Source: Myxococcales bacterium
GTDB taxonomy: Bacteria > Lernaellota > Lernaellaia > Lernaellales > Lernaellaceae
Length of the DNA: 64,000 nucleotides
Direction of reading: 5' to 3'
Assembly: GCA_012517325.1 (NCBI GenBank)
Contig: JAAYVF010000085.1
Coordinates: forward strand, 75,673 to 139,672
Below, piece after piece: positions 27,569 to 37,097 of this stretch. The position numbers and the translations under genes are program-made. The notes below the pieces were generated by a model. It was not told the origin of the DNA, ran no database searches, and was given only the letters and a program-made list of their open reading frames with translations. Position 1 is the first letter of the stretch, and each line of letters starts with the position of its first letter.

Positions 27569-30500
27569 TGCACGTCGCGCTGCTGACCGATTATTTCGTT
27601 CCCCACGCGCCGGGCGGTGCGGAGTGGAGCGCCCTGGCGTTGGCCGAAGGCCTGGCCGCGCGCGGGGATCGGGTTTCGGTGGTGACGCTCGATCTGGCCG
27701 ACGCCGCCGCGCGACCGGCGGTCGAGCGCCTGGACGGCGAGCTGGCCGGGCGCGGCATCCGGGTCGAGCGGTTGCCCTTCGGCCGGAAAATGAGCGGCGA
27801 ACCACAGACGTTTCCCAGCTACGTTTTCGGCAATCCCTGGACCGAACGGCGATTGTCCGGGCGCGTCGCGGCCGCCGTGGCCGCGTTACGACCCGACGTG
27901 CTGCACGTACAGGGCCTGGGCCTTTTGATTCCCGGCCACTTCGCCGCCCGCGCCCACAACCGACCGCTCCTATTCACCGTGCGCGATTACCGGCCGCTCT
28001 GCCCGGTCGCCATTTGCCTCCATCGGCAGGACGCGCCGCCGCGCGGTTGCGACCGTCGCCGCTTTCGCGCCTGCACCCGCGAGTACCTCGAGATTTACGG
28101 CCTGGCGCTGTCGGCCGCCGCGCGCCTCCGTTATCGGCTGCGTCGCGAGTTGGAATGGTCGGCGCGGCTGCGGCAGGCGCGCGTGTTTCCGGAACTCGAC
28201 GCCGCGGTCTTTGTTTCCGCCGCCGCGCGGCAACATTACCTGGCCGCCGGAATGACCGCCCGCCACCTGGCGGTGATTCACAATCCGCCGGTGCCGGAAA
28301 GCGATTTTGCCGATCCCGATGAGTTGCGCCGCCGCTTCGGCCTGAACGGCCCGGTCGCGCTGTTCGTCGGCCGGTGGTCGCTCGGCAAGGGCGCGGCGGA
28401 AATGAGCCGCGCCTGGGATCTGGTGACGAGCCGGCTGCCCGCCGCGCAGCTCGTGATCGTCGGCCGCCGCGAGTCCGGCGAAACGCCGCTGGACGGCCGG
28501 GTCGTGTTCACCGGACCGCTGCCGCATCGCGAGGTGTTGGGGCTCATGCAGGCCGCCGCCGTGCACGTGCTGCCCTCGCGTTGGCCGGAGCCGTTCAGCC
28601 GCACAGCGCTCGAGGCCATGGCGGCGGCGCGGCCGATCGTCGCCACGGCGGTGGGCGGCAATCCGGAACTGGTGCGCGACGGCGAAACGGGCTGGCTCGT
28701 GCCGCGCGGCGATCCGGCGGCGTTCGCTTCCCGGCTGGCGGATTTGCTGGGCGATCCGGAACGGGCCGAGGCGATGGGCGCGGCGGGACGGGCGCGCCTC
28801 GGCGCGGAGTTATCGGCCGAAAAATCGCTGGCCGAATGGCAGGCGCTTTACGCGGCGGTCGCCGAACGGCGCGGGAAGCTGCTGCGCGTTTGCGCGCCGG
28901 CCACCAGCCTGTCGGAAAAAACCGTGCAGGGCGGCGGCTACTTCCACGTCAAGAATCTGCAGGCGCTGGCGGCGCGGGGCGTCGCGCTGCGCATCCCGCT
29001 GGCTTTCCGTCCCGAATACGAGCCGCGCGAAAATTGGGATGTGCGGCCGATTCCGGTGCGCCGCGCCTACAAGCTCGGCGCGCTCTTGTCCAACCTCGTT
29101 TTCGGCGGCGCGGTCGTCGGGCAAGCGGCGTTTCGCCGGCGATTCGATTTGCTGCGGATCGGCGACCTCTACCACATGGGGCCGGGGCTGCTTCTGGCGG
29201 CGCGGCTGTGCGGCCTGCCGACCTGCGGCGTCCTGCATCACATCGATCACGAGCGCCGCCTCGAAAACGCGGTGGTCGGTTGGACGGCCCGCCGGCTCGA
29301 TTGTCTGACCGTGCCCAGCCGCGCGACCGCCGCGGACGTGGCACGCACCTTCGGCGTCGATCCGCTGCGGATTCGCGTCATCGCCGAAGGAGCGACGATT
29401 TTCGCGGGCGCCGCGGCCGACCGGGCCGAGGCACGGCGGCGGCTGAATCTGCCGGACGGGCCGCTGCTCGGCTTTGTCGGCGGTCTGGAAGCGCGCAAGA
29501 ACGTCGATTTTCTGCTGCGGGCGTTCGCCCTTCTGGCGGCGCAAATTCCCGCTGCGCGGCTGCTGGTGGTCGGCGACGGTTCGCAACGCGCCGCGCTGGA
29601 GGATCAGGCCCGTGCGCTGGGCGTCGGCGATCGCGTAGTCTTCGCGGGGCGGTTGTTCGAGGAAGGTAAGGCCAACGCTTATCGCGCCATGGACCTGTTC
29701 GTCTTTCCGAGCCGCAACGAGGGATTCGGGCTGGCGGTCGCCGAGGCGATGGCGATGGGCGTGCCGCCGGTGGTCAGCGACCGCGGCAGTTTGCCCGAGG
29801 TGGTCGTCGATCGCGTCACCGGGCGCGTGTTGTCGCTCGACGATCCGGCGGCCTGGGTGGCGGCCTGCGGCGAACTGCTGCGCGACGAAAGCGAGCGGGC
29901 CCGGCTTGGCGCGGCGGCGCGGGAGCACGCGGCGACGAACTTCACCTGGGAAGCGAGCGCGGCGGATGCCGAAGCGGCGTTTCGCGCGGTGCTGGCCGAA
30001 AAAAAGGAAATCAACCTCGGCGTGCTGCTCAACTCCGGCGATTCGCTGGCCGTGATGAAGCGCGAGGGGCAGGAGGATCGCTTCGTGCGCTCCTACCTCG
30101 GGCGGTACGCCGCCTCGTTCGACCGGGTTTACGTGTTCTCGTACGGCGACGACCGCTTGCGGCCGTATCCGAACGCCGTCTTCGTGCCCGGACGGCCTCG
30201 CTGGAAAGGCCCGCTCTATGCGGCGCTCGCGCCGTTTCTGCACGCCGCGACCTTCCGCCGGCTGGCGCTCTTGCGCGTGATGCAGACCGGCGCGGCCTTG
30301 CCCGCCGTGCTGGCGCGCCTGCTGTACGGCGTACCGTTCGTCGCGACGTACGGCTATCGCTACGGCGACTTCATGCGGGTCAAGGGCCGCCGGCTTTACG
30401 GCTGGTACCTCGACCGGCTGGAGCGCCTCACGTTCCGCCTCGCCGCGCGGGTGATCGTGACCACGCCCGCCTTGCAGGCGCACGTGGCGCGCTTCGCCAC

Positions 30501-32196
30501 TCCCGAAAAAATCGCGCTCTTGCCCAATGGCGTCGAACTAGATCGCTTTTGTCCCGGCGAGCGGCAGGAATCCGCGGCGAAAAAAACCTTGCTTTTCGTC
30601 GGCCGCCTGACCGCGCAAAAAAAATTGCCCCTGTTGATTGAAGCGCTGGCGCCCTTACGCGATCGCGTCCGGTTGATCTGCGTCGGCGCCGGCGAGGAGG
30701 AAACCGCTTGGCGGCGCCTGGCCGCCGAACATGGCGTGGAGGTCGATTGGCGCGGCGTGGTGCCCAACGAACAGTTGCCGGAAATTTATCGCCGGGCCGA
30801 TCTGTTCGTTCTGCCCAGCCGCGTCGAAGGGCATCCGAAAGCGCTGCTCGAGGCGATGGCCAGCGGCCTGCCGTGCCTCGGAGCCGCCGCGCCGGGCATT
30901 CGCGACGTCCTCACGCATGACGTGGACGGCTGGCTGGCCGAACCGGACCGGGACGCCTGGCGCAAGGCGGTGGAACGGTTGCTGGACGACCCGGCGACGG
31001 CGCGCCGCCTGGGAGACGAGGCGCGGCGGACGGCGTTGTCGCGGTACGATTTGAAGGCGGTGCTGGACCGGGAAATCGAGTTGCTGTGCTCGGTGGTTCG
31101 CGGGCGGACCGGCCGGCCGCGCGTGCGCTTCCTGTTCAACAAGCCGCGCGCGGCGATGCTGGCGGCGGCGCGCGAGGGGCGGTGCCCCGACGAGTTGCTT
31201 TACGGCCTGCGATCGCTGCAGAAACGGGGTTGGGACGCGAGCGCCGGCGACGAGGGTTTCGCCGCTTTCTTCGGCGGCGGTCTGCTCAAGGCGCTGGACA
31301 ACCGGCTCAGTTGCGACGGCCGGCGGACCGGTTTCCATTTGCGGCAGGCCTGGCGGCTGCGCGACGAACTGCGCCGCGCGGATGTCGTGTTCGCGACCGC
31401 CGACAGCTCCGCGCTGCCGGTCTTGTGGCTCAAGCGGCTCGGCCTGCTGACGACGCCCGTCGTCTGCGCCAGCATCGGGCTGGCCGAAACGTTCGCCGCC
31501 GATCGCGGCCCGGTATATCGTTGGTACAAGCGGCTGTTGCCGCTGGCTTCGGCGATTCTGGTCTATTCGCCCGCCGAGGCCGCGGAACTGGGCGCGGCGT
31601 TCGCCTTGCCGCGCGAGAAGGTGCGCTTCGTGCCGTTCGGCGTCGAGTGCGAATTCTTCGCCGGAACCGCCGCACCGGTGGGCCGCCCGTTGGCCTTCGG
31701 CCTGGATCAGCGACGCGATTGGCCGACGTTGTTCGCCGCTCTGCGGCAGGCTGAAATCGAAATGGATGTCCTGACCAACCCGGATTTGCTGCGCGGCCTG
31801 ACGCCGCCGCCCCAGGCGCGGCTGGCGGCGCCCGAGCCGATCGACCGCCTGCGCGACCGCCTGCGCCGCGCGCCGTTTGTGGTGTTGCCGGTGAAAGAGA
31901 ACCTATACAGCGGCGGGACGATCAGCCTGTTGCAGGCGATGGCCGCCGGCCGTGCGGTGATCGTTTCGCGGACCCGCGCCATCGCCGACGGTTACGGCCT
32001 CGCCGATGGCGAAAACTGCCTGCTCGTGCCGCCCGGCGATGTCGCCGCCCTGGCCGCGGCGATCGCCCGCCTGGCGCATGATCCGTCCTTGGCTGCGCGT
32101 TTGGGCGCGGCGGCGCGGGATCACGTCTGCCGGCATTATTCCGTCGAGCGGCTCGCGGCGGCCGTCGATGCGGCCCTGCGGGAGGCGATGCCATGA
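27568..32196 (+). CDS. Giant multi-module glycosyltransferase (four tandem GT4/GT-B modules in one 1,542-aa polypeptide)
   Basis: Four repeats of the GT4 architecture. Each ends in the E(x)7E-type sugar-donor binding region: SRWPEPFSRTALEAMAAARPIVAT; SRNEGFGLAVAEAMAMGVPPVVS; SRVEGHPKALLEAMASGLPCLGA; ENLYSGGTISLLQAMAAGRAVIVS. ATGA overlap with the upstream gene. Confidence 0.8.
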   Translation: MHVALLTDYFVPHAPGGAEWSALALAEGLAARGDRVSVVTLDLADAAARPAVERLDGELAGRGIRVERLPFGRKMSGEPQTFPSYVFGNPWTERRLSGRVAAAVAALRPDVLHVQGLGLLIPGHFAARAHNRPLLFTVRDYRPLCPVAICLHRQDAPPRGCDRRRFRACTREYLEIYGLALSAAARLRYRLRRELEWSARLRQARVFPELDAAVFVSAAARQHYLAAGMTARHLAVIHNPPVPESDFADPDELRRRFGLNGPVALFVGRWSLGKGAAEMSRAWDLVTSRLPAAQLVIVGRRESGETPLDGRVVFTGPLPHREVLGLMQAAAVHVLPSRWPEPFSRTALEAMAAARPIVATAVGGNPELVRDGETGWLVPRGDPAAFASRLADLLGDPERAEAMGAAGRARLGAELSAEKSLAEWQALYAAVAERRGKLLRVCAPATSLSEKTVQGGGYFHVKNLQALAARGVALRIPLAFRPEYEPRENWDVRPIPVRRAYKLGALLSNLVFGGAVVGQAAFRRRFDLLRIGDLYHMGPGLLLAARLCGLPTCGVLHHIDHERRLENAVVGWTARRLDCLTVPSRATAADVARTFGVDPLRIRVIAEGATIFAGAAADRAEARRRLNLPDGPLLGFVGGLEARKNVDFLLRAFALLAAQIPAARLLVVGDGSQRAALEDQARALGVGDRVVFAGRLFEEGKANAYRAMDLFVFPSRNEGFGLAVAEAMAMGVPPVVSDRGSLPEVVVDRVTGRVLSLDDPAAWVAACGELLRDESERARLGAAAREHAATNFTWEASAADAEAAFRAVLAEKKEINLGVLLNSGDSLAVMKREGQEDRFVRSYLGRYAASFDRVYVFSYGDDRLRPYPNAVFVPGRPRWKGPLYAALAPFLHAATFRRLALLRVMQTGAALPAVLARLLYGVPFVATYGYRYGDFMRVKGRRLYGWYLDRLERLTFRLAARVIVTTPALQAHVARFATPEKIALLPNGVELDRFCPGERQESAAKKTLLFVGRLTAQKKLPLLIEALAPLRDRVRLICVGAGEEETAWRRLAAEHGVEVDWRGVVPNEQLPEIYRRADLFVLPSRVEGHPKALLEAMASGLPCLGAAAPGIRDVLTHDVDGWLAEPDRDAWRKAVERLLDDPATARRLGDEARRTALSRYDLKAVLDREIELLCSVVRGRTGRPRVRFLFNKPRAAMLAAAREGRCPDELLYGLRSLQKRGWDASAGDEGFAAFFGGGLLKALDNRLSCDGRRTGFHLRQAWRLRDELRRADVVFATADSSALPVLWLKRLGLLTTPVVCASIGLAETFAADRGPVYRWYKRLLPLASAILVYSPAEAAELGAAFALPREKVRFVPFGVECEFFAGTAAPVGRPLAFGLDQRRDWPTLFAALRQAEIEMDVLTNPDLLRGLTPPPQARLAAPEPIDRLRDRLRRAPFVVLPVKENLYSGGTISLLQAMAAGRAVIVSRTRAIADGYGLADGENCLLVPPGDVAALAAAIARLAHDPSLAARLGAAARDHVCRHYSVERLAAAVDAALREAMP

Positions 32197-34529
32197 TCCG
32201 CCGGCTCGCCGATCGCTTCGACGTGGACCTGTCCTACTACCTGTCGGGCGGTTCGCTGCTGCTCATCGACCAGGGAGTCGGCATGGTCACCGGCCTGGCG
32301 ACCGCCTGGTGCTTCTCGACCTACGCGCCGAAGACGACCTACGGCGCCTACGGCTACATCGGCGCGATCGTCGGCATGCTGTCGCTGATCGCCTTGCCGG
32401 GCGTCAGCCAGGCGATTCAGCGTTCGGCGGCGCGCGGCTTCGACGGCGCCTTCGCGATCGGCATGCGCCAGCGCCTGAAAGCGGGCGGCGTCGCCAGCGT
32501 GATCCTGCTGCTGCTCGGGGCGATCTTTTTCCTCAGCGGCCAGCAGGCGAACGCGGTGGGCGCGCTGGTGGCGTCGGTCCTTTTCCCCTTCGCCTACGCG
32601 ATGGATGATTACCGCAGCGTGCTGTTCGGCAAGCAGCGCTTCGGGTTGTACCTGGCGCTGCACACGATGTTGCAGGTCGCGGTGGCCGCCGGGACGATCG
32701 CGGCGATCCTGCTGTCGTTTTCCTTCCCGGCGATCCTGTTCGCCAACATGGCCTCGCGGGCCGTGGTCAACGGCGCCTGGTGGCTGGCGGTGCAGAAGAC
32801 GGTGATCGCCAACCGCAAGGTGGACGCCGATTTTCGGCGTTACGGTTGGAACCTCAGCCTCGTGGGCATCGTCGGCGGCATCAGCTATCACCTGGATCGC
32901 GTGATCGTCGGCGCGACCCTCGGCCTGGAAACGATGGCCGCCTACGAGTTGTCGTTCCGCCTGACCGAGCCGTTGCGCTCGCTGGGCGTTTTTCTCAACA
33001 AGCTGGTGTTTCCGCGCGCGGTGAAAGTCTCCGGCGCGGCGGTGGCGCGACGGTTCTTATCGCGCACGTTCATCATGAGCGCCGGCCTGGCGGGCCTGGG
33101 CGTGATCGGCGTCTGGCTTTGCGGGCCGGCGATCCGCCTGGTGTTTCCCAATTACCCCGAGGCGATCGGCATGACGCGCTGGATGATCTGGTCGGCGCTG
33201 ATCTCGATTGTGCTGATCTACCTCGAAACCTATTACCTGGCGCAGGAACGTTTCGTCCGCACCTATTACGCGGTCAGCGCCTTGCGGCCGATCGGGATCA
33301 TCGTCCTGCTGCCGTTTTTCATCGCCCGCTGGGGCGCCTACGGCGCGATCGGCGCCAAGCTGCTGGTCCGCGTGTTCGAGGCGGTTTTCCTGGTCGCCAA
33401 GCTGACCGCCGACTGGCTGCTGTTGTGGCGCGAGGAAGCCATCGAAAAGCCGGGTTCGTTGCCGCTCGGCCCGCAGGAATGGGGGCGCTGTCCGTTGTGC
33501 GGCGACCCCGCAACCCGGCCGCGCTGGACCGTCCGCGACCGCCTGCACGGCCTGCCGGGCCGCTTCTCGCTGGTGCAGTGCCGCGGCTGCGGCTTGCTGC
33601 GCCTGCAACCGCGCCTGACGGCGAACGCCGTCGGGCTTTATTACCCGCCGGATTACGGTGCGCACCGGCAGGAAAGGCCGGCGGCGCTGGGGCGGGGGCG
33701 CACGCATCGCTGGCGGCGGCTCTGGGTGGAATGGCTGCTGGCCGGCCGGCCGGGGCCGGGAGAAATCGGCTGGCGGCGCGCCGCGCTCACCTGGCCGGCC
33801 CGGCTGTTCGGGTTGACCGCGGCGGCGCGGTTCAATCCATTCGCGTATCCCGGCGAGGGCCGGCGCCTGCTCGACATCGGTTGCGCCAGCGGCGATTTTC
33901 TGGTGGAAATGCGGGCGCTCGGCTGGGACGCGAGCGGCGTCGAATTCGCCGAGAGCGCGGCGGCGACGGCGCGCGAACGGGGCCTGACGGTCACCGTTGG
34001 TTCGTTCCCCGAGGTGGCCGGGGCGCTGCCGGGCGCTTACGATCTGATCGCCATGCGGCAGGTCGTCGAGCATTTGTCCGATCCGGCGGCGGCGTTGCGG
34101 CAGGTCCGCGAACTGCTGGCGCCGAGCGGCGCGCTGTTGCTGGCGACGCCGCTGGCCGACGGCTGGCTGGCGCGCGCGGCCGGAAGATACTGGTATCCGC
34201 TCGACCCGCCGCGGCATACGATGGTGTTTGATCGCCGGCAACTGGCGGCGCTATTGCGGATCGCCGGTTTCCGGGTGGCGGCGCTGCTGGATCATTCCAG
34301 CACCACGTCCTGGACCCGCAGCCTCGACTATTGGCTGGCGGATCTGCCGTGGAACGCCCGCCCGCCGCGGGTCGACCGGTCGCGGCTGCTTCATCGGCTG
34401 CTGGCCGGACCGACGCGGCTGAGCGACTGGTTCGGGCGGGGTGACGGCGGTATCGTGCTGGCGGTGCGCGACGACGCGCCGGCGGCCGGCTGGGCGCCGC
34501 GCGAGATTCAGGAAGGAAGAGTGCGATGA
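32193..34529 (+). CDS. Wzx-like MOP-superfamily flippase fused to a zinc-ribbon + class-I SAM methyltransferase domain
   Basis: About 410-aa N-terminus with about 12 TMs (polysaccharide biosynthesis/RfbX-like). Then CPLCG...CRGCG zinc ribbon. Then LLDIGCASGDF SAM motif I and VVEHLSDP/LLLATP methyltransferase motifs. ATGA overlap upstream. Confidence 0.75.
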   Translation: MIRRLADRFDVDLSYYLSGGSLLLIDQGVGMVTGLATAWCFSTYAPKTTYGAYGYIGAIVGMLSLIALPGVSQAIQRSAARGFDGAFAIGMRQRLKAGGVASVILLLLGAIFFLSGQQANAVGALVASVLFPFAYAMDDYRSVLFGKQRFGLYLALHTMLQVAVAAGTIAAILLSFSFPAILFANMASRAVVNGAWWLAVQKTVIANRKVDADFRRYGWNLSLVGIVGGISYHLDRVIVGATLGLETMAAYELSFRLTEPLRSLGVFLNKLVFPRAVKVSGAAVARRFLSRTFIMSAGLAGLGVIGVWLCGPAIRLVFPNYPEAIGMTRWMIWSALISIVLIYLETYYLAQERFVRTYYAVSALRPIGIIVLLPFFIARWGAYGAIGAKLLVRVFEAVFLVAKLTADWLLLWREEAIEKPGSLPLGPQEWGRCPLCGDPATRPRWTVRDRLHGLPGRFSLVQCRGCGLLRLQPRLTANAVGLYYPPDYGAHRQERPAALGRGRTHRWRRLWVEWLLAGRPGPGEIGWRRAALTWPARLFGLTAAARFNPFAYPGEGRRLLDIGCASGDFLVEMRALGWDASGVEFAESAAATARERGLTVTVGSFPEVAGALPGAYDLIAMRQVVEHLSDPAAALRQVRELLAPSGALLLATPLADGWLARAAGRYWYPLDPPRHTMVFDRRQLAALLRIAGFRVAALLDHSSTTSWTRSLDYWLADLPWNARPPRVDRSRLLHRLLAGPTRLSDWFGRGDGGIVLAVRDDAPAAGWAPREIQEGRVR

Positions 34530-36046
34530 GTCCGGGCGGTTGGCGGGATCTGGGCGGGGCGGGGCTGGAGCGCGGGTTGCGTTCGGCCGGCCGCTCGCTG
34601 GCCCTGATGCCGCGCCAGATCTTCGACGTCATCATCCTGCTGCTGGGCGCGATGGTGATGATCTACCTGTTCATCTACCGGGCGCCGTATTACGCCGTCG
34701 GTTTCGTCGTCGTGCTGTTCGCCGTGTTGTTTCTCATGCGCCAGCCGGTCAACCTCAGCTACGCGCTGTTCGCCCTGATCCCCGTCTACTGGATGAACCT
34801 GCTCGGCCAAAGCCTGCGCGTGGTGACGGTGCTGACGTTGATCGGTTTTACCTATCATCTCGGTCGTGCCGTCCTGCGGCGCCAGCGCGGTCTGTACAAT
34901 ACGGTTTACCTGGGCTTCCTGCTCTACCTGATCACCTGCCTGTTCAGCCTGTTCAATTCCGCCAGCATCGCGGAGGAAAGCTGGCCGGGCATCAAATATT
35001 TTCTGTTGGCGCTGATGCTGATGTTCGTCCTGACGGCGAGCCTCAAGACCGAGCGCGACCTGCGCATCCTGTTCTGGATCCTCTTGCTGTGGGGGCTCGT
35101 CGAATCCGTGTTGGGGCTGTTGCAGACGCTGGTTTCGCCGCGCTTCTATCTCGCGCAGACCTACCTGTCGATCATCGACGCCTACAGCGTCGGCGGGGTT
35201 CGCCGCGCGTCGGGCACCTTCCAGATCGGGCCGCGTTACGCGATGTACCTGATGGGACCGCTGGCGCTGGTGGTCGCCGGCCTGTTTTCGGGCCGGATCC
35301 TGAGCCGCCGCACCTGGTTGCTGTTTCTGGTGCCGCTGGTCGGCGGCGTGTTCGTCAGCCTGACGCGCATCGCGGTCGGCTTGAGCTTCGCCTATCTGGT
35401 GCTGTTCAATTTCTTCGAGCGCCGCCGCAAGGCGTTGATCGCCAGCCTCGCCGGCCTGCTCCTGGCCGCGGTGGTGGTGGCCACCGTGCTGGTCGTGCTG
35501 CCCGCCGACGTGAAGGGCGCGTTCATGCAGCGGTTCACCGAGAAAGACGACGAAATCTACACCGACCGGTTGTACTTCCTGTGGAACGCGCTGGGCGCCT
35601 TCAGCGAGCATCCGTTTCTCGGCATCGGCGTGGGCACCTACGAGGGCCGATCGTGGGAATTCATGCAGAAGTACCCGTTGCCGTGGCGGCAGTACCGCTG
35701 GGATGTCGCGGCGCAATGGAGCATGCCCGAGACGGTGCCGGTGCACAACGAGTACGGGCGCATGCTCGCCGAGCAAGGCCTGTTTTCGCTGCCGGTCTTT
35801 CTCTTTTTGCTCTGGGCGGCGTTTCGGAATCTGTGGTTCGTCATCCACGAGACGCAACGGCCGCTGGTTCGGCTGTGGGGCGTCGCCGTGGCGATGTACC
35901 TGAGTGCCATGGTGGTCTATTGGTATTTCCACGAGTATTTCATGGAGGAGCCCTATACCTCCATCATGCCTTTCGCGTTGAGCGTCATTCTGTACAATTT
36001 CGTCCGAAGGGAAGTGGCGGAACGTGCGAGCGGCGAAACGTCCTAA
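34526..36046 (+). CDS. O-antigen ligase / Wzy_C-family polymerase-like membrane protein (paralog 2)
   Basis: Polytopic. LTRIAVGLSFAYL and periplasmic loop FSEHPFLGIGVGTYEG characteristic of Wzy_C. ATGA overlap upstream. Confidence 0.75.
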   Translation: MSPGGWRDLGGAGLERGLRSAGRSLALMPRQIFDVIILLLGAMVMIYLFIYRAPYYAVGFVVVLFAVLFLMRQPVNLSYALFALIPVYWMNLLGQSLRVVTVLTLIGFTYHLGRAVLRRQRGLYNTVYLGFLLYLITCLFSLFNSASIAEESWPGIKYFLLALMLMFVLTASLKTERDLRILFWILLLWGLVESVLGLLQTLVSPRFYLAQTYLSIIDAYSVGGVRRASGTFQIGPRYAMYLMGPLALVVAGLFSGRILSRRTWLLFLVPLVGGVFVSLTRIAVGLSFAYLVLFNFFERRRKALIASLAGLLLAAVVVATVLVVLPADVKGAFMQRFTEKDDEIYTDRLYFLWNALGAFSEHPFLGIGVGTYEGRSWEFMQKYPLPWRQYRWDVAAQWSMPETVPVHNEYGRMLAEQGLFSLPVFLFLLWAAFRNLWFVIHETQRPLVRLWGVAVAMYLSAMVVYWYFHEYFMEEPYTSIMPFALSVILYNFVRREVAERASGETS

Positions 36047-37097
36047 AATCCTCTTTCTGGCCAATTGGCCCCGGACGACGCGCGAACCCGAGCGGTTCGC
36101 GTTTTTCGCCCATTGGCGCAGCCGGCCGCTGGTGCGGTTCTTCGGCACATTCGCGCTCGGGCCGGTGACGCGGTTCGAGAAGCAAACGCTGCGTTTCTAC
36201 CTGCTGCAACCGCTGGCGGCGTTGTTCCTGGCACCGTTTTACGACGCGGTGGTGGCGTTTTCCTCGCAGTCGGGCCTGCCGTTCGCGCTGTTGCTCCGGC
36301 TTTGTTTCTGGATGCGGACCCGGCTGATCGTTTTCGACGTCGAATCGTTCGGCCGCGCCGAACGCGGCGTCAAACTGGCGCTGACCCGCTTCGCCGCGCG
36401 CCGCATCGATTGGGTCGTTTATGCCGCCAGCGGCCAGGCCGCCTATTACGACCGGCATTTTCCGTTTTTAGCCGCCCGCCGTTCGTTCGTGCCGATCGGC
36501 ATCGGCGGCTACGAAAAACGGCAGCCGGACGACGCCGGGCGCGACGGCCCGGTGGTCGTGCCGGGCAAGCACGGCGCCGCCTTTCGCGACTGGGCGACCT
36601 TTCTGCGCGCCGCCGCGACGATCGGCGACGCGGTCGAGTTTGTCATCGTCGGCCGCGACGAACTGCCCGCCGCCGAACGGGACGGCGTGCCGATTCCACC
36701 GAACGTTCGTCTGCTTCCTTACGTGCCGCTCGATCGCCTGCAGGAAATCCTGGAAACCGCGCGGTTCGTCGTCCTGCCGCTGCCGGATCGCGCCCAGAGC
36801 CTCGGGCAGTTGACCATCCTCTTCGCCATGGCCATGGGCCGCGCCGTGGTGGCGGCGCGGACGGTCGGCGTGCGCGATTACCTGCGCGAAGGCGAGACGG
36901 GCCTCGGCTACCGGCCGGGCGACGCCGCCGAACTGGCCGATTGCCTGCGCCGGATGCTGGCCGATCCGGACCGGACGATCGCCTGGGGCCGCCGCGCGCG
37001 CGAATTGTACCGCGAGGAATTCGGCGACGAACGGATGGGCCGCCGCTGGGAAGAGATCTATTGCCGTGTCGTGGGGCGGACACCGCCCGCCGATTAA
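36024..37097 (+). CDS. GT4-family glycosyltransferase
   Basis: KILFLANW N-terminal start and a C-terminal GT-B donor-binding region (LPDRAQSLGQLTILFAMAMGRAVV). GTG start overlapping the Wzy_C stop. Confidence 0.7.
   Translation: MRAAKRPKILFLANWPRTTREPERFAFFAHWRSRPLVRFFGTFALGPVTRFEKQTLRFYLLQPLAALFLAPFYDAVVAFSSQSGLPFALLLRLCFWMRTRLIVFDVESFGRAERGVKLALTRFAARRIDWVVYAASGQAAYYDRHFPFLAARRSFVPIGIGGYEKRQPDDAGRDGPVVVPGKHGAAFRDWATFLRAAATIGDAVEFVIVGRDELPAAERDGVPIPPNVRLLPYVPLDRLQEILETARFVVLPLPDRAQSLGQLTILFAMAMGRAVVAARTVGVRDYLREGETGLGYRPGDAAELADCLRRMLADPDRTIAWGRRARELYREEFGDERMGRRWEEIYCRVVGRTPPAD

Noticed and set aside
20369-36148. Numerous long alternative-frame ORFs across the EPS locus (e.g. 20369..22210, 23222..25045, 25760..27805, 28810..30483, 33057..34241, 34508..36148, 27474..28322, 28374..29669, 32780..34231)
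   Set aside because: They overlap genes with unmistakable Walker, GT4, Wzy_C and MTase motifs. Translations are Arg/Pro/Gly-rich low-complexity.
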